Shown piece by piece: positions 48,371 to 57,488 of a DNA stretch of 64,000 nt (positions within the stretch are counted from its first letter, which is position 1; each line of letters starts with the position of its first letter). The translations under genes were made by a program, and so were the position numbers. The stretch comes from Syntrophorhabdaceae bacterium (lineage in GTDB: Bacteria > Desulfobacterota > Syntrophorhabdia > Syntrophorhabdales > Syntrophorhabdaceae): the NCBI GenBank assembly GCA_963666485.2, contig CAXXUO010000004.1, forward strand, positions 128,001 to 192,000, given 5' to 3'. Under the pieces are notes generated by a model. That model saw only the letters and a program-made list of their open reading frames with translations. It made no database searches and had not been told where the DNA came from.

Positions 48371-49102
48371 ATGACCCCTGCTTCAATAAATGTGAGCGGG
48401 ATCGCAGCTTTTCTGTCAGGCCTGCTGTCCTTCTTCACCCCGTGTATCCTGCCTCTCGTACCTTCGTACATAATTTATATCAGCGGCATAACGGTCCGTG
48501 ATATGTCGGCCCCGGAAGCCGGCCACAGGAAAAAGGTCTTTCTTCATTCGCTTCTCTTCATTCTCGGTTTTTCCTTCGTTTTCGTGGCGCTCGGCGTCTC
48601 GTCGTCACTGATCGGCACATTTCTTTTTAAATACCAGGCATATATCATCCGGATAGGCGGAGCGGTCCTTATTCTCCTCGGCCTGTTCTACCTCGACATC
48701 CTGAAGATCCCTGTTTTTAACCGGCAGTATGCGCTTCAGCTCAACCAAAAACCCATCGGGCTTTTCGGTTCGTTCATAGTCGGCATCATTTTTTCCCTCG
48801 GATGGACACCCTGTGTCGGCCCCGCCCTGTCATCGATCCTCATCGTCGCATCGGTGTCCGGCAAGGCATTGGACGGCCTGTATCTGCTTTCTCTTTATTC
48901 GCTGGGACTTGCCATCCCATTTTTGCTATCTTCCCTTCTTTTTGACAGGCTTTTTTCCTTGCTGAAAAAATACAGCTTTATATCCCGGTACGTAGTACGC
49001 GTGCTCGGGATACTTCTTATCATTCTCGGCCTGTTGATGGTCACGTCATACTACCGCCTGATCAATCTATGGTTGGGAATGATACTCACGCCGGGAACCT
49101 GA
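48371..49102 (+). CDS. ccdA: Cytochrome c biogenesis / thiol-disulfide transporter CcdA
   Basis: GLLSFFTPCILPLVP, GWTPCVGP and YSLGLAIPF. Confidence 0.9.
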   Translation: MTPASINVSGIAAFLSGLLSFFTPCILPLVPSYIIYISGITVRDMSAPEAGHRKKVFLHSLLFILGFSFVFVALGVSSSLIGTFLFKYQAYIIRIGGAVLILLGLFYLDILKIPVFNRQYALQLNQKPIGLFGSFIVGIIFSLGWTPCVGPALSSILIVASVSGKALDGLYLLSLYSLGLAIPFLLSSLLFDRLFSLLKKYSFISRYVVRVLGILLIILGLLMVTSYYRLINLWLGMILTPGT

Positions 49103-49137
49103 TAAAGAAAGTCGGCGGGAGCAACACCAGAAAAACC

Positions 49138-49164
49138 CTGGATTCCGGCCTTCGCCGGAATGAC
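49138..49164. repeat. REP-like palindrome, identical to 13890-13916
   Basis: ctggattccggccttcgccggaatgac preceded by aaaaacc. Confidence 0.85.
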
Positions 49165-49179
49165 GACAGGGCCACAGAA

Positions 49180-49323
49180 GCCTTTAGCCTTTAGCCTTTA
49201 GCCTTTAGCCTTTAGCCGTTAGCCTTTAGCCTTTAGCCTTTAGCCGTTAGCCGTTAGCCGTTAGCCGTTAGCCTTTAGCCTTTAGCCTTTAGCCGTTAGC
49301 CTTTAGCCTTTAGCCGTACGCCG
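49180..49323. repeat. 20-unit heptamer tandem array GCC(T/G)TTA ending GCCGTAC-GCCG
   Basis: Counted directly: 13 GCCTTTA, 6 GCCGTTA and 1 GCCGTAC; adjoins the rpoH stop. Confidence 0.95.
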
Positions 49324-49328
49324 GTCTT

Positions 49329-50225
49329 TTAAAAATCCATCTCATGGAACTCGCTCTGAAAACGTTCCTTGAATTTCTTGATGACCCTGTTCTCTATCTG
49401 CCGCGCCCTTTCACGGGAGATCTTGAATTGCTGGCCGATCTCCTGGAGGGTAAGAGGATCTTCGGACATGATCCTCTGCTCGAAGATGAAGACTTCTTTA
49501 TCGTTGAGGCCCTTCTTGAATTCTTTTACTCTCTGGGCAAGTATCTCGCGCTTTTCTTTGCTTGAAACGACTTCTTCCACATCGTCGCCGCCACGGATCA
49601 TATCCATGATCGTATCATCGCTCTCATCGTGAATGGGCGAATCGAGAGATACATCCGTGAATGCAAGACGTTTTTGCATCTCTTCTATCTCTTCTTCCTT
49701 CACGTCGAGGTTGGTGGCAAGCAGCGCCGGCGCGGGGATCATGCCGAGCGCCTCCAGTTTCTGCTTTTCCTTGTTGAGGCGGTAGAATAGCTTTCTCTGG
49801 CTCTGTGTCGTCCCGACCTTGACGAGGCTCCACGAATCCATGATGTACTTCAGGATATAGGCCCTGATCCAGAACGAGGCATAGGTAGAGAATTTCGTGC
49901 CCTTGTAAGGGTTGAACTTTTTCACTGCGTGCAGGAGCCCGACATTCCCTTCCTGGATGAGGTCGAGCACGTTGAGATACGTGTTGTAATATTCGAGGGA
50001 GATCTTGACCACCAGTTTGAGGTTCGACATGACGAGCTTCTGTGCTGCAAGCCGGTCCTTGTCCTCGTATACCAGGCGGGCGACCTCGAACTCCTCCTCC
50101 CGCGACAGGACACTGTAACGGGACACCTCGGAAAGGTATTTCCGCAACGGATCGAACGTGGTCGGTAAAGAACTGTCCTCTGTCCGGGGCGGTGATGGTC
50201 TTTTTTCTGTCTTATCTTCATCCAT
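49329..50225 (-). CDS. rpoH: RNA polymerase sigma-32 (RpoH-like) factor
   Basis: DLIQEGNVGL, FSTYASFWIRAYI, RpoH-box-like WSLVKVGTTQSQRKLFYRL and SRERARQIE. Confidence 0.88.
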   Translation of the reverse strand: MDEDKTEKRPSPPRTEDSSLPTTFDPLRKYLSEVSRYSVLSREEEFEVARLVYEDKDRLAAQKLVMSNLKLVVKISLEYYNTYLNVLDLIQEGNVGLLHAVKKFNPYKGTKFSTYASFWIRAYILKYIMDSWSLVKVGTTQSQRKLFYRLNKEKQKLEALGMIPAPALLATNLDVKEEEIEEMQKRLAFTDVSLDSPIHDESDDTIMDMIRGGDDVEEVVSSKEKREILAQRVKEFKKGLNDKEVFIFEQRIMSEDPLTLQEIGQQFKISRERARQIENRVIKKFKERFQSEFHEMDF

Positions 50226-50236
50226 ATAAAGCGCCT

Positions 50237-51235
50237 CTACTCAGCGCGGACCTGAATAAGCTGGCCCACGATGCTCACAGCTATTTCCTGCGGTGTTTCA
50301 GCCTTGATCGCAAGGCCGATCGGAGCGTGAACCTTTGATATCGCTTCGTTGGAAAAACCGGACTCACGCAACATGTCAAATATCATCTTCACTTTTCTCC
50401 TGCTCCCGATCATTCCGATATACCGGACATCTTTTCCCAGGGCCTCGCGAAGGACCACCGCGTCGTGCGCATGGCCGCGGGTCACAATAACGACAAATTC
50501 GCTCCCGGAAAAAGATAAATTCGAAAAGCTTTTCACGAAATCTTCAACCATGATCTCGTCCGCCTCGGGGAAACGGGCGGAATTGGCGAATTCCTGCCTG
50601 TCATCGATGACGGTCACGGCGAATTCAACCATTGCGGCAACTTTAGCGATAAATTGGGAGACATGGCCGGCACCGAAAATATAGAGCCGTGCCCGGTTAA
50701 ATACGGGTTCAACGAGGAAAGCGCCGTCGTCGGAGATGACGGGCCTTGCCCCGGAGACAAGGCCCAGGCACTGCATCGCATTGCTTTCGCTCATCTCATC
50801 ACCGGTAATGCCCAGGTTTTCATCGATAAGGGTCTTCGAAAAAACATCCGTCAGTGACGTGACGACGATCCCCTTCTTTCCTTTCCGTTCCATGTCCGCG
50901 AGCCGTTGATATAATGCACCATGCCGTGCCATGACAGGTTCGAGGAGAACATCGACGTTGCCGCCGCAGATCATCCCCTGGTCCGCAACGGTTTTCGCGT
51001 TCATCTGGAAATGCATGATAGCGGCCGCGCCGTTATCCTTACGCTCGACAGCAGCGTTCTGTACCTGCAGTTCGATCAGTCCGCCGCCAACCGTTCCGTC
51101 ACTTTGCCCCATCTCGTCTACGAACATCCTTGCCCCGACATCCCGGGGTGCCGAACCGGTACGGCTGATCACGGTCGCAAGGACCCCTCTTCTGCCTGCT
51201 TCAAGGCTTTCTCTGATGGTGTCATATATGCTCAT
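50237..51235 (-). CDS. xdhC: XdhC/CoxI family molybdo-hydroxylase accessory protein
   Basis: GSAPR, GTVGGG, GMICGG, FGAGHV, TRGHAHD, YIGMIGSRRK and AETPQEIAVSI. Confidence 0.9.
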   Translation of the reverse strand: MSIYDTIRESLEAGRRGVLATVISRTGSAPRDVGARMFVDEMGQSDGTVGGGLIELQVQNAAVERKDNGAAAIMHFQMNAKTVADQGMICGGNVDVLLEPVMARHGALYQRLADMERKGKKGIVVTSLTDVFSKTLIDENLGITGDEMSESNAMQCLGLVSGARPVISDDGAFLVEPVFNRARLYIFGAGHVSQFIAKVAAMVEFAVTVIDDRQEFANSARFPEADEIMVEDFVKSFSNLSFSGSEFVVIVTRGHAHDAVVLREALGKDVRYIGMIGSRRKVKMIFDMLRESGFSNEAISKVHAPIGLAIKAETPQEIAVSIVGQLIQVRAE

Positions 51236-51242
51236 CGATCAT

Positions 51243-52070
51243 TTACCTTTCATCTTGACCAAAATAATAATGGAGAACTGCCTCGAGCACTCCTCCCGCG
51301 ATGCCGCGCGCCTTTTCGGAGATCGTAAAACAATACTCCTTTTTGGCCCTCGGGTCGACATCACCGACCTTTTCGCCTTTTTCGACCACCATTTCCCTGA
51401 TGAGCCCCCGAAGTATCCCGTCAAACGGCGCATGAACGGGAGCATCGCCGACATACAGCACAAGGTCTCCCTGCTTCACCTCGTCTCCGAGAAGATGCAC
51501 ATGCTTCACCGGTCCTGGAACAGGTGCCCGCAAAACGCGTTCTTTCGCAACACCCTTGATCTCGCCCGGCATCCCGGTATAGGGTTCAGCCGAACCATCG
51601 TAGATAACGCGCCCGAGGTCATGTCCGCGGTTGCTCTCGATAACCGCATGGACATCGTGCGGGGCGATGAAGCCAGGGCCAACCCCGATAACAAAGGGAG
51701 CTTCTTCCTTTCGCGTCCCGACGTTCCTCTTGGCCATAATTGCATCGATAACAATATCAGGCCTCACGTCCTTCAGGCTTCTCCATTCGGGGTCCACGGT
51801 CACAGCGATCTGCCCTGCCTTCCATGCCGACTCCGCATCCCGGGCGTTCTCAACGAATCTCGCGCTGATGTTCTCAACGGCGACCATGCCGTCATGCACG
51901 GCTTCACAAAATGACACGAAACGCCGCACGCACAGGGGGTTCGCAACCTCCAGCATGAGGATGCGCGTCATCCCCGACCGGTAGAGCCTGTGGGCTATTC
52001 CCGACGCCATCTCACCGGCGCCTTTTATGACGACGGTCGCATCCGTTATCTTTTTTTCTGTCGCGGGCAT
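51243..52070 (-). CDS. yqeB: YqeB-like selenium-dependent molybdenum hydroxylase system protein
   Basis: KGAGEMASG, DAIMAKRN, GVGPGF, ESNRGHDLGR, KVGDVDPR and ISEKARGIAGGVLEA. Confidence 0.85.
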   Translation of the reverse strand: MPATEKKITDATVVIKGAGEMASGIAHRLYRSGMTRILMLEVANPLCVRRFVSFCEAVHDGMVAVENISARFVENARDAESAWKAGQIAVTVDPEWRSLKDVRPDIVIDAIMAKRNVGTRKEEAPFVIGVGPGFIAPHDVHAVIESNRGHDLGRVIYDGSAEPYTGMPGEIKGVAKERVLRAPVPGPVKHVHLLGDEVKQGDLVLYVGDAPVHAPFDGILRGLIREMVVEKGEKVGDVDPRAKKEYCFTISEKARGIAGGVLEAVLHYYFGQDER

Positions 52071-52083
52071 GCCCGAAACCTCG

Positions 52084-53103
52084 CTATAACCCTTTTCCGA
52101 AGTGACACGCCGGATAATGGCAGACATCACAGTACGTGCACAGTCCGCCATACCCGAGCATCGCCACATCACGCTTTGAAACCTTTTCCCCGGCCAAAAG
52201 CCTCAGGAGCACGATATCGAGTGCCGTATAGCCATTGTAATAGACGCATGCGGGAGCGCCGAGGATATATTTGCCATCCAGTTGCGCGAGAAGGAACATC
52301 GCGCCCGGGGCGATCGGCGTGCCATAGAATAACGTTTTTGCCCCTGTCGCCTCGATCCCCTCCTGTGTGACGTCGTCGGGATCGACCGAGAGACCGGCCG
52401 TAGTGATCACGATATCGGCCCCTTTCGCAAAAAGGTCGAGGATCGCGTCCCGGATCATGGGGACCTCGTCGGTAACAACCCTTTTCCCGATCACGTCTGA
52501 ACCGTATTTTCTGACCTTGGCCTCCACGATATGGGAACTGTCCGGCACCCGCCCGTCATATACCTCGCTGCCGGTGACGACGATACCTGCGGACAGTGCC
52601 TTAAACGGCATTACCTTGATCGTCTTCTTGTACTTCCCGCCTTTTTCGACACGGGCCAGGGACCTTTCATTGATATAGAGCGGTATTATCCTGGCGGCGG
52701 CTATCATATCGCCCGCTTTGACGGGGTACCTGTTCGGCAGCGTCGTCACGAGTACATCCTCGATCCGGTTCAACGCGTACAGCATGTCAGGGTCGACCTT
52801 GAACAGTCCGTCGACGGTGCTTTTGATAACGACCTTGCCTTCCTTCGGCGGCACCATCTCCATGAATTTTCCCATGACAGCACGCGCGATCCTCATGCCC
52901 GCGTCGTCCTCGTGCACCCCCTGTATGGAATCGTCAAAGACAAACAAATGCCTCTTCCCGAGATCGAGGAGCCTTTCCACGTCTGATGCCTTGATGACCG
53001 TCCCTTTCGTGAAAGCGACATCCTTCTTCTTTCCGGGAATGATCTCCGTAATGTCGTGGGCAAGTATCATGCCCGGGGCGTCTTCAACTCGTACCTTTTT
53101 CAA
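52084..53103 (-). CDS. Molybdopterin-binding (MoeA-like) protein
   Basis: HDITEIIPG, VTGSEVYDG, GLSVDPDDVT, PGAMFL and C-terminal GGLCTYCDVCHYPAC. Confidence 0.82.
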   Translation of the reverse strand: MKKVRVEDAPGMILAHDITEIIPGKKKDVAFTKGTVIKASDVERLLDLGKRHLFVFDDSIQGVHEDDAGMRIARAVMGKFMEMVPPKEGKVVIKSTVDGLFKVDPDMLYALNRIEDVLVTTLPNRYPVKAGDMIAAARIIPLYINERSLARVEKGGKYKKTIKVMPFKALSAGIVVTGSEVYDGRVPDSSHIVEAKVRKYGSDVIGKRVVTDEVPMIRDAILDLFAKGADIVITTAGLSVDPDDVTQEGIEATGAKTLFYGTPIAPGAMFLLAQLDGKYILGAPACVYYNGYTALDIVLLRLLAGEKVSKRDVAMLGYGGLCTYCDVCHYPACHFGKGL

Positions 53104-53695
53104 CGTTGTATCCTTTTCGTGTCAGATTCTGGATATCGTCGGCGGTGTCGATATCGAACAACGCGCCGTTATCCGTTTCTATAAATAGCACATCTTCTTT
53201 ATGATTTTCTATAACTTCACGGAGGCCTTTGTCCCCCGCGAGGCCTTCCATTTCCTCGATATACAGGGCGGCATCGATCAGGACCGGGTGGCCTTTCTGC
53301 CCGCCGCACACAGGGACGATTATGGGCTTTCCTGCCGCGCGGAAAGCTTCGACCATATCTTCCAGCAATTCCTTGCTGATAAATGGCTTGTCCCCCAGGT
53401 GGAAAAATACCGCCTTCGCACCACGCACCCACGGAATGGCGGCCTTGACCGAACTCGACATGCCCGTGTCGTGGTCTTTATTATGTACGACGGTGACGTT
53501 AAGCCCCGTGAGTTCGCGGTTTATTTCAGGCAGATAAGGACCGGCAACGACGACAACATCTCCCAGGCCTGCCTCTATGAAAGGGAGGACCGATCTGCGG
53601 ATAACCGCCTCGGAATCGATCTTCAGTGTAAGCTTGTTGAAACCGAGCCGTCGTGAAGACCCTGCCGCCAGGATGACGGAACAGATGTCTCTCAT
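53084..53695 (-). CDS. mocA: MocA/YgfJ-like molybdenum cofactor cytidylyltransferase
   Basis: ILAAGSSRRLGFNKL, GMSSS, LGDKP, GHPV, GDKG and DIDT. Confidence 0.82.
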   Translation of the reverse strand: MRDICSVILAAGSSRRLGFNKLTLKIDSEAVIRRSVLPFIEAGLGDVVVVAGPYLPEINRELTGLNVTVVHNKDHDTGMSSSVKAAIPWVRGAKAVFFHLGDKPFISKELLEDMVEAFRAAGKPIIVPVCGGQKGHPVLIDAALYIEEMEGLAGDKGLREVIENHKEDVLFIETDNGALFDIDTADDIQNLTRKGYNVEKGTS

Positions 53696-53722
53696 GAAAC
53701 CAAAACACCGTTATGATACATT

Positions 53723-53920
53723 CTATTCTTCCCCGACGATCAGCATCAGGCCGGCGAGAAGCCTGTCGACATCTGCGCCGTGGACCTGTGCTGCCTGTTC
53801 GATATTTTCAAAAAGTGCGGCCTCGCAACCGGCACACCCGAGACCGAAATCCTCGAAGACTTTCAAAGACCCCGGGTATTTGCTCAGAACTTCACTGACG
53901 GACATCTTTCTATCGATCAT
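53723..53920 (-). CDS. Small DUF1858-like protein with CxxC
   Basis: MSVSEVLSKYP...GLGCAGC...ENIEQAAQVHG; GGAGAGG RBS before ATG 53920. Confidence 0.78.
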   Translation of the reverse strand: MIDRKMSVSEVLSKYPGSLKVFEDFGLGCAGCEAALFENIEQAAQVHGADVDRLLAGLMLIVGEE

Positions 53921-53966
53921 AGCCTCTCCGGTTGTGACCGGTGCATGTGCGCACGGCCCGAAATTT

Positions 53967-54500
53967 TTAGAAAACGTCGGCAGAAAAGATATATATGTCT
54001 GCGTCTTCAGATTTCCAGGCGTCCTTCGGCAGGCCCGCTTTATAGCATGTATATTCCAGGAACTCGGTCCTGTCCCAGCCCTGCTCTGTCGCGACCTGGG
54101 GAAGCAAAAGGCCCGAATGAACGCCTTTCTCGATATACAATCCGTGGACGCCAACCTCGATCTCGTCTACATTTTCGATCTTTTTCATGGGGGTCAGGAC
54201 CGAGATCTCGAAATCGCAATCCTTCCACTCGTCTTTCGAGACAGGCTCGAAGCGCGGGTCGTGAAAAGCGGCCTGCACCGCCATATGCCGCACGGTTTCA
54301 TGCAGGGGCAGGTAGCCCCGCAGGTACCCTATGCATCCCCTTAAAGACCCGCAGTTCTTTATGGTGACAAAAGCCCCGCATTTTTCGTCAAGAAGACCGG
54401 AGGTTTCGACCGGCAGGCATTCCTTGCCGAAAAGAACGCCTTCGATGGCGTCCTTGACCAGTTTCTTCAGTTTATCCCTTTCTTCCTGTGATAGTGCCAT
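53967..54500 (-). CDS. amrA: AmmeMemoRadiSam system protein A (AMMECR1 domain)
   Basis: GAFVT, LRGCIG, AAFHDPRF, EISVLT, GLLLPQVA and KAGLP. Confidence 0.9.
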   Translation of the reverse strand: MALSQEERDKLKKLVKDAIEGVLFGKECLPVETSGLLDEKCGAFVTIKNCGSLRGCIGYLRGYLPLHETVRHMAVQAAFHDPRFEPVSKDEWKDCDFEISVLTPMKKIENVDEIEVGVHGLYIEKGVHSGLLLPQVATEQGWDRTEFLEYTCYKAGLPKDAWKSEDADIYIFSADVF

Positions 54501-54511
54501 GATCCGTCCTG

Positions 54512-55348
54512 TCAGCTGTCGCTTCTAAACAACACGGCGGACACGTACCCGACGACACCGCTCCGGTCACCCGACACATCACCCGAGTTGGCATATTTCA
54601 GGATCGAACTCGAATGAGCGCCCAGTTTCCCGGCCGCCATCATGGTGGTGATCATAGGGCCCGCTCCGCATGCCTGGGCCTTTTCGGTCCTGATGTCACG
54701 CACCATTCCCGCGATGTCGAAATTCTTCAGATGCTCAATTGTAACGCTGTCAATTTTCACCGCCGCATCATAGGGATAGTAGTGAGAAAGGTCAGTACTG
54801 GCGACAATGAGGAACCGCTTATCACTACCTGATATGACCTGTCCAAGTATTCCCGCCGCCTCTTCGTACATGTCGTCATCCCCCGCGCCAACGAGCAGCG
54901 GCAACAGCAGGAAGTCCTTGAATATGAACTGGAGAAAGGGCAGTTGGACCTCGAGAGAATGTTCACCCTTGTGGACCTCCCTGTTTGCCCGGAAGGGACC
55001 ACCCCGCCCGACAATATCGGCGGCGGATGCGGCGTCTATTGCGATGTCCCCGAGAGGCGTCCTGAACACCCCTTCTTCCCACGCGGCGATCCCCTGGAAA
55101 TAAGCCCTGTGGCTCGGGGCAAGAACGATGACTGTGTCAAACTCTTGTGAAGACACAGCCCTGTACCCGTAGGCAGCGACCTGCCCTGAATACATATATC
55201 CCGCGTGCGGCGAAATGACCGCCAGGATATTGTCCGGGACCGGTCCGGAATCGGCAGCCTTCAGGTAACTCCCGACATCTCTCCTCAAGCTGACCGGATC
55301 ACCAGGATAAAACATCCCGCTCACAGCTGGTTCGCGCACGCTTGTCAT
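54512..55348 (-). CDS. amrB: AmmeMemoRadiSam system protein B (Memo-like)
   Basis: REPAVSGMFYP, PHAGYMYSG, EHSLEVQLPF, ASTDLSHY, ACGAGP and VVGY. Confidence 0.9.
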   Translation of the reverse strand: MTSVREPAVSGMFYPGDPVSLRRDVGSYLKAADSGPVPDNILAVISPHAGYMYSGQVAAYGYRAVSSQEFDTVIVLAPSHRAYFQGIAAWEEGVFRTPLGDIAIDAASAADIVGRGGPFRANREVHKGEHSLEVQLPFLQFIFKDFLLLPLLVGAGDDDMYEEAAGILGQVISGSDKRFLIVASTDLSHYYPYDAAVKIDSVTIEHLKNFDIAGMVRDIRTEKAQACGAGPMITTMMAAGKLGAHSSSILKYANSGDVSGDRSGVVGYVSAVLFRSDS

Positions 55349-55440
55349 ATCATACCCATGAGTCCATTATAACATATTATACTTTTGACAGTGCGCGGCT
55401 TTTTTGGCAAACCGTGACTGGCAATGCTATAATACATGCT

Positions 55441-55965
55441 ATGCTTAACGAACTGAAAAGAACTTTCCATACCCGGCTTGCCGTATGCATTCTTCTTTCG
55501 CTATGCGCCGCCGGATTCATTGCTGCCGGAGCTGCCGTGGCCACTGACAAACCTGTTATAGGCGCAGTAGAACACGTGATCCTCGAGCCCCAGGGAATCA
55601 AGATCACCGCTCGTATAGACACAGGGGCTGCAACCACGTCCCTCGATGCACGAAACGTGAAGGTTTCCGAAGACAAGGTCACGTTCAACCTTTCCCCCAA
55701 ATTCGGCGGGGCCGAGGTGACCATGCCGATCGTCGGCTGGAAGCACGTCCGCACAGCCGGGTCACGGGAAGAGAGGCCCCTCGTAGAGATGGACGTGTGC
55801 ATCGACTCGAAGCGGCTCCGCGTCCTTGTAAATCTTACTGACCGCTCGGAGATGCGCTACCCCCTGCTCCTGGGAAGAAATGTCATTATAGGAAATTTCG
55901 TGGTCGACCCGTCGAGTTCATATCTCACAAGGCCATCAAAGGATTGCGGGGACAAAGATAAGTGA
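55441..55965 (+). CDS. Exported putative protease of the RimK-associated 'ATP-dependent Zn protease' (retropepsin-like) family
   Basis: ARIDTGAATTSLDA, ERPLV and NLTDRSEMRYPLLLGR. Confidence 0.82.
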   Translation: MLNELKRTFHTRLAVCILLSLCAAGFIAAGAAVATDKPVIGAVEHVILEPQGIKITARIDTGAATTSLDARNVKVSEDKVTFNLSPKFGGAEVTMPIVGWKHVRTAGSREERPLVEMDVCIDSKRLRVLVNLTDRSEMRYPLLLGRNVIIGNFVVDPSSSYLTRPSKDCGDKDK

Positions 55966-57488
55966 AACGTCCAGCGTTGATCGTTGCGTTGACGCTGATG
56001 TTTCTTTCGCTTTTAATCACCGCGTACCGGATACTCATCCTGGGGTACCCGCTGTCCCCGGCCACGCCCGATTACGTCTGGACGTTCCGTTTCGACGGAA
56101 CGGTTGAAGGCACGGGCAGCGAGACGCTGCTCCTTCTTTCATTGCCATCCCAGGACCATGGCCAGATCGTGCTCGAGGAATCCATAGGGTCCGGCTCAAT
56201 GAATTTTAACCTGCTCAGGGAATATGACAACCGCATCGGCGTATGGTCGGGAAAAACCGGCGAAGGCGACGAATACGTCTCTTACAAAGCATCGATCCTG
56301 ATGCAGCACAAGGGCGCTGTGGCACTGGCGGAGCATCCCGGTGCGCAGTACCCTTATGGGACGAAAACAGAGGATATACCGGTCATTGAAGGCGTTACGC
56401 AGGGATGGCGGCCGCTCAGCATCCCGGCGCGCGTACAGGTTATACTCGGAATTATGAGAGGAATTGACAGGGATGCCGGGAAGGAAGAGGACATAGCCAG
56501 GCTTCGGCCCGTGATCGAGAAATATGACCGGACCACCCGCCTCATCATCCTCCTTTCCTCCGTGAACATCCCGTCCCGGGCCGTCGAAGGCCTTATGCTC
56601 AAAGAAGGGGTAACCGACCGGACATCATCGTGGGTAGATGCCTGGACAGGACAGCGCTGGGACCATATCGATATGGCGAATCTCCAGCTTTATCCGCAAA
56701 AAACAGGATTTTTCCCCTTGAGCGTGGGGGGTATGTCGGCCATGAGGATGTCCGGCGGGCAGCTCTCGTCGGGCCGGTTCGAACTTACGCGCGATATCAT
56801 GAGCCGATGGCATATATTTTTCGAAAGGATCAACCGTTCACGCAAGATACTCGACCGGTGGTCGCTCTTCAGGATCCCGCCCGAATATCAGCAGACGTTC
56901 AGGCTACTGCTCCTTGTCCCCCTCGGAGCCCTCCTGATTGCATTCCTCCGCAATATGATCGGGTTTCAGACTTTCGGCATCTTCATGCCGCTTCTCATGG
57001 CGCTCGCTTTCCGGAACACGGGCCTTTTTTACGGACTTGCGATGTTTGCCGGCATTATTGTCATAGGCTACGGGGCGCGCCGCTATTTGAACACCCTGCG
57101 CCTTCTCCTCATTCCCCGGATGTCGGTCCTCGTCACCCTGGTCATATTCTGTTTTGTCATACTTGCATTGATCGGGAACAAAGCGGGCATCCGGCAGCTC
57201 ATGGCCGTCGGCCTTCTCCCATTCGTTATCCTCACGATGACGATAGAACGCTTTTTCGTTGTCGTCGAGGAACACGGCGCGAAGACAGCGCTGCAGACCG
57301 CACTCGGCAGCGCGATCGTTTCAGTCATCGCCTTTCTCATACTTCAGTGGGAGATACTCCAGATCACCTTTTTTGTGTACCCTGAATTGCTTCTCTTCGT
57401 CATGGGCCTGCAAATACTCGTTGGCAGGTACACGGGGTACCGAATATCCGAACTTTTCCGGTTCCGTTCGTTCGGGAGTCACGAGTGA
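55962..57488 (+). CDS. Inactive transglutaminase-like domain fused to a 7TM region
   Basis: LLLVPLGAL, TFGIFMPLLMALAF, LLLIPRMS, PFVILTMTIER and GRYTGYRISE. Confidence 0.82.
   Translation: MKRPALIVALTLMFLSLLITAYRILILGYPLSPATPDYVWTFRFDGTVEGTGSETLLLLSLPSQDHGQIVLEESIGSGSMNFNLLREYDNRIGVWSGKTGEGDEYVSYKASILMQHKGAVALAEHPGAQYPYGTKTEDIPVIEGVTQGWRPLSIPARVQVILGIMRGIDRDAGKEEDIARLRPVIEKYDRTTRLIILLSSVNIPSRAVEGLMLKEGVTDRTSSWVDAWTGQRWDHIDMANLQLYPQKTGFFPLSVGGMSAMRMSGGQLSSGRFELTRDIMSRWHIFFERINRSRKILDRWSLFRIPPEYQQTFRLLLLVPLGALLIAFLRNMIGFQTFGIFMPLLMALAFRNTGLFYGLAMFAGIIVIGYGARRYLNTLRLLLIPRMSVLVTLVIFCFVILALIGNKAGIRQLMAVGLLPFVILTMTIERFFVVVEEHGAKTALQTALGSAIVSVIAFLILQWEILQITFFVYPELLLFVMGLQILVGRYTGYRISELFRFRSFGSHE

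Noticed and set aside
40605..55348. Selenoprotein with in-frame UGA near selB/yqeB
   Set aside because: The genes here appear full length; I found no UGA-interrupted frame, though I could not run a SECIS search
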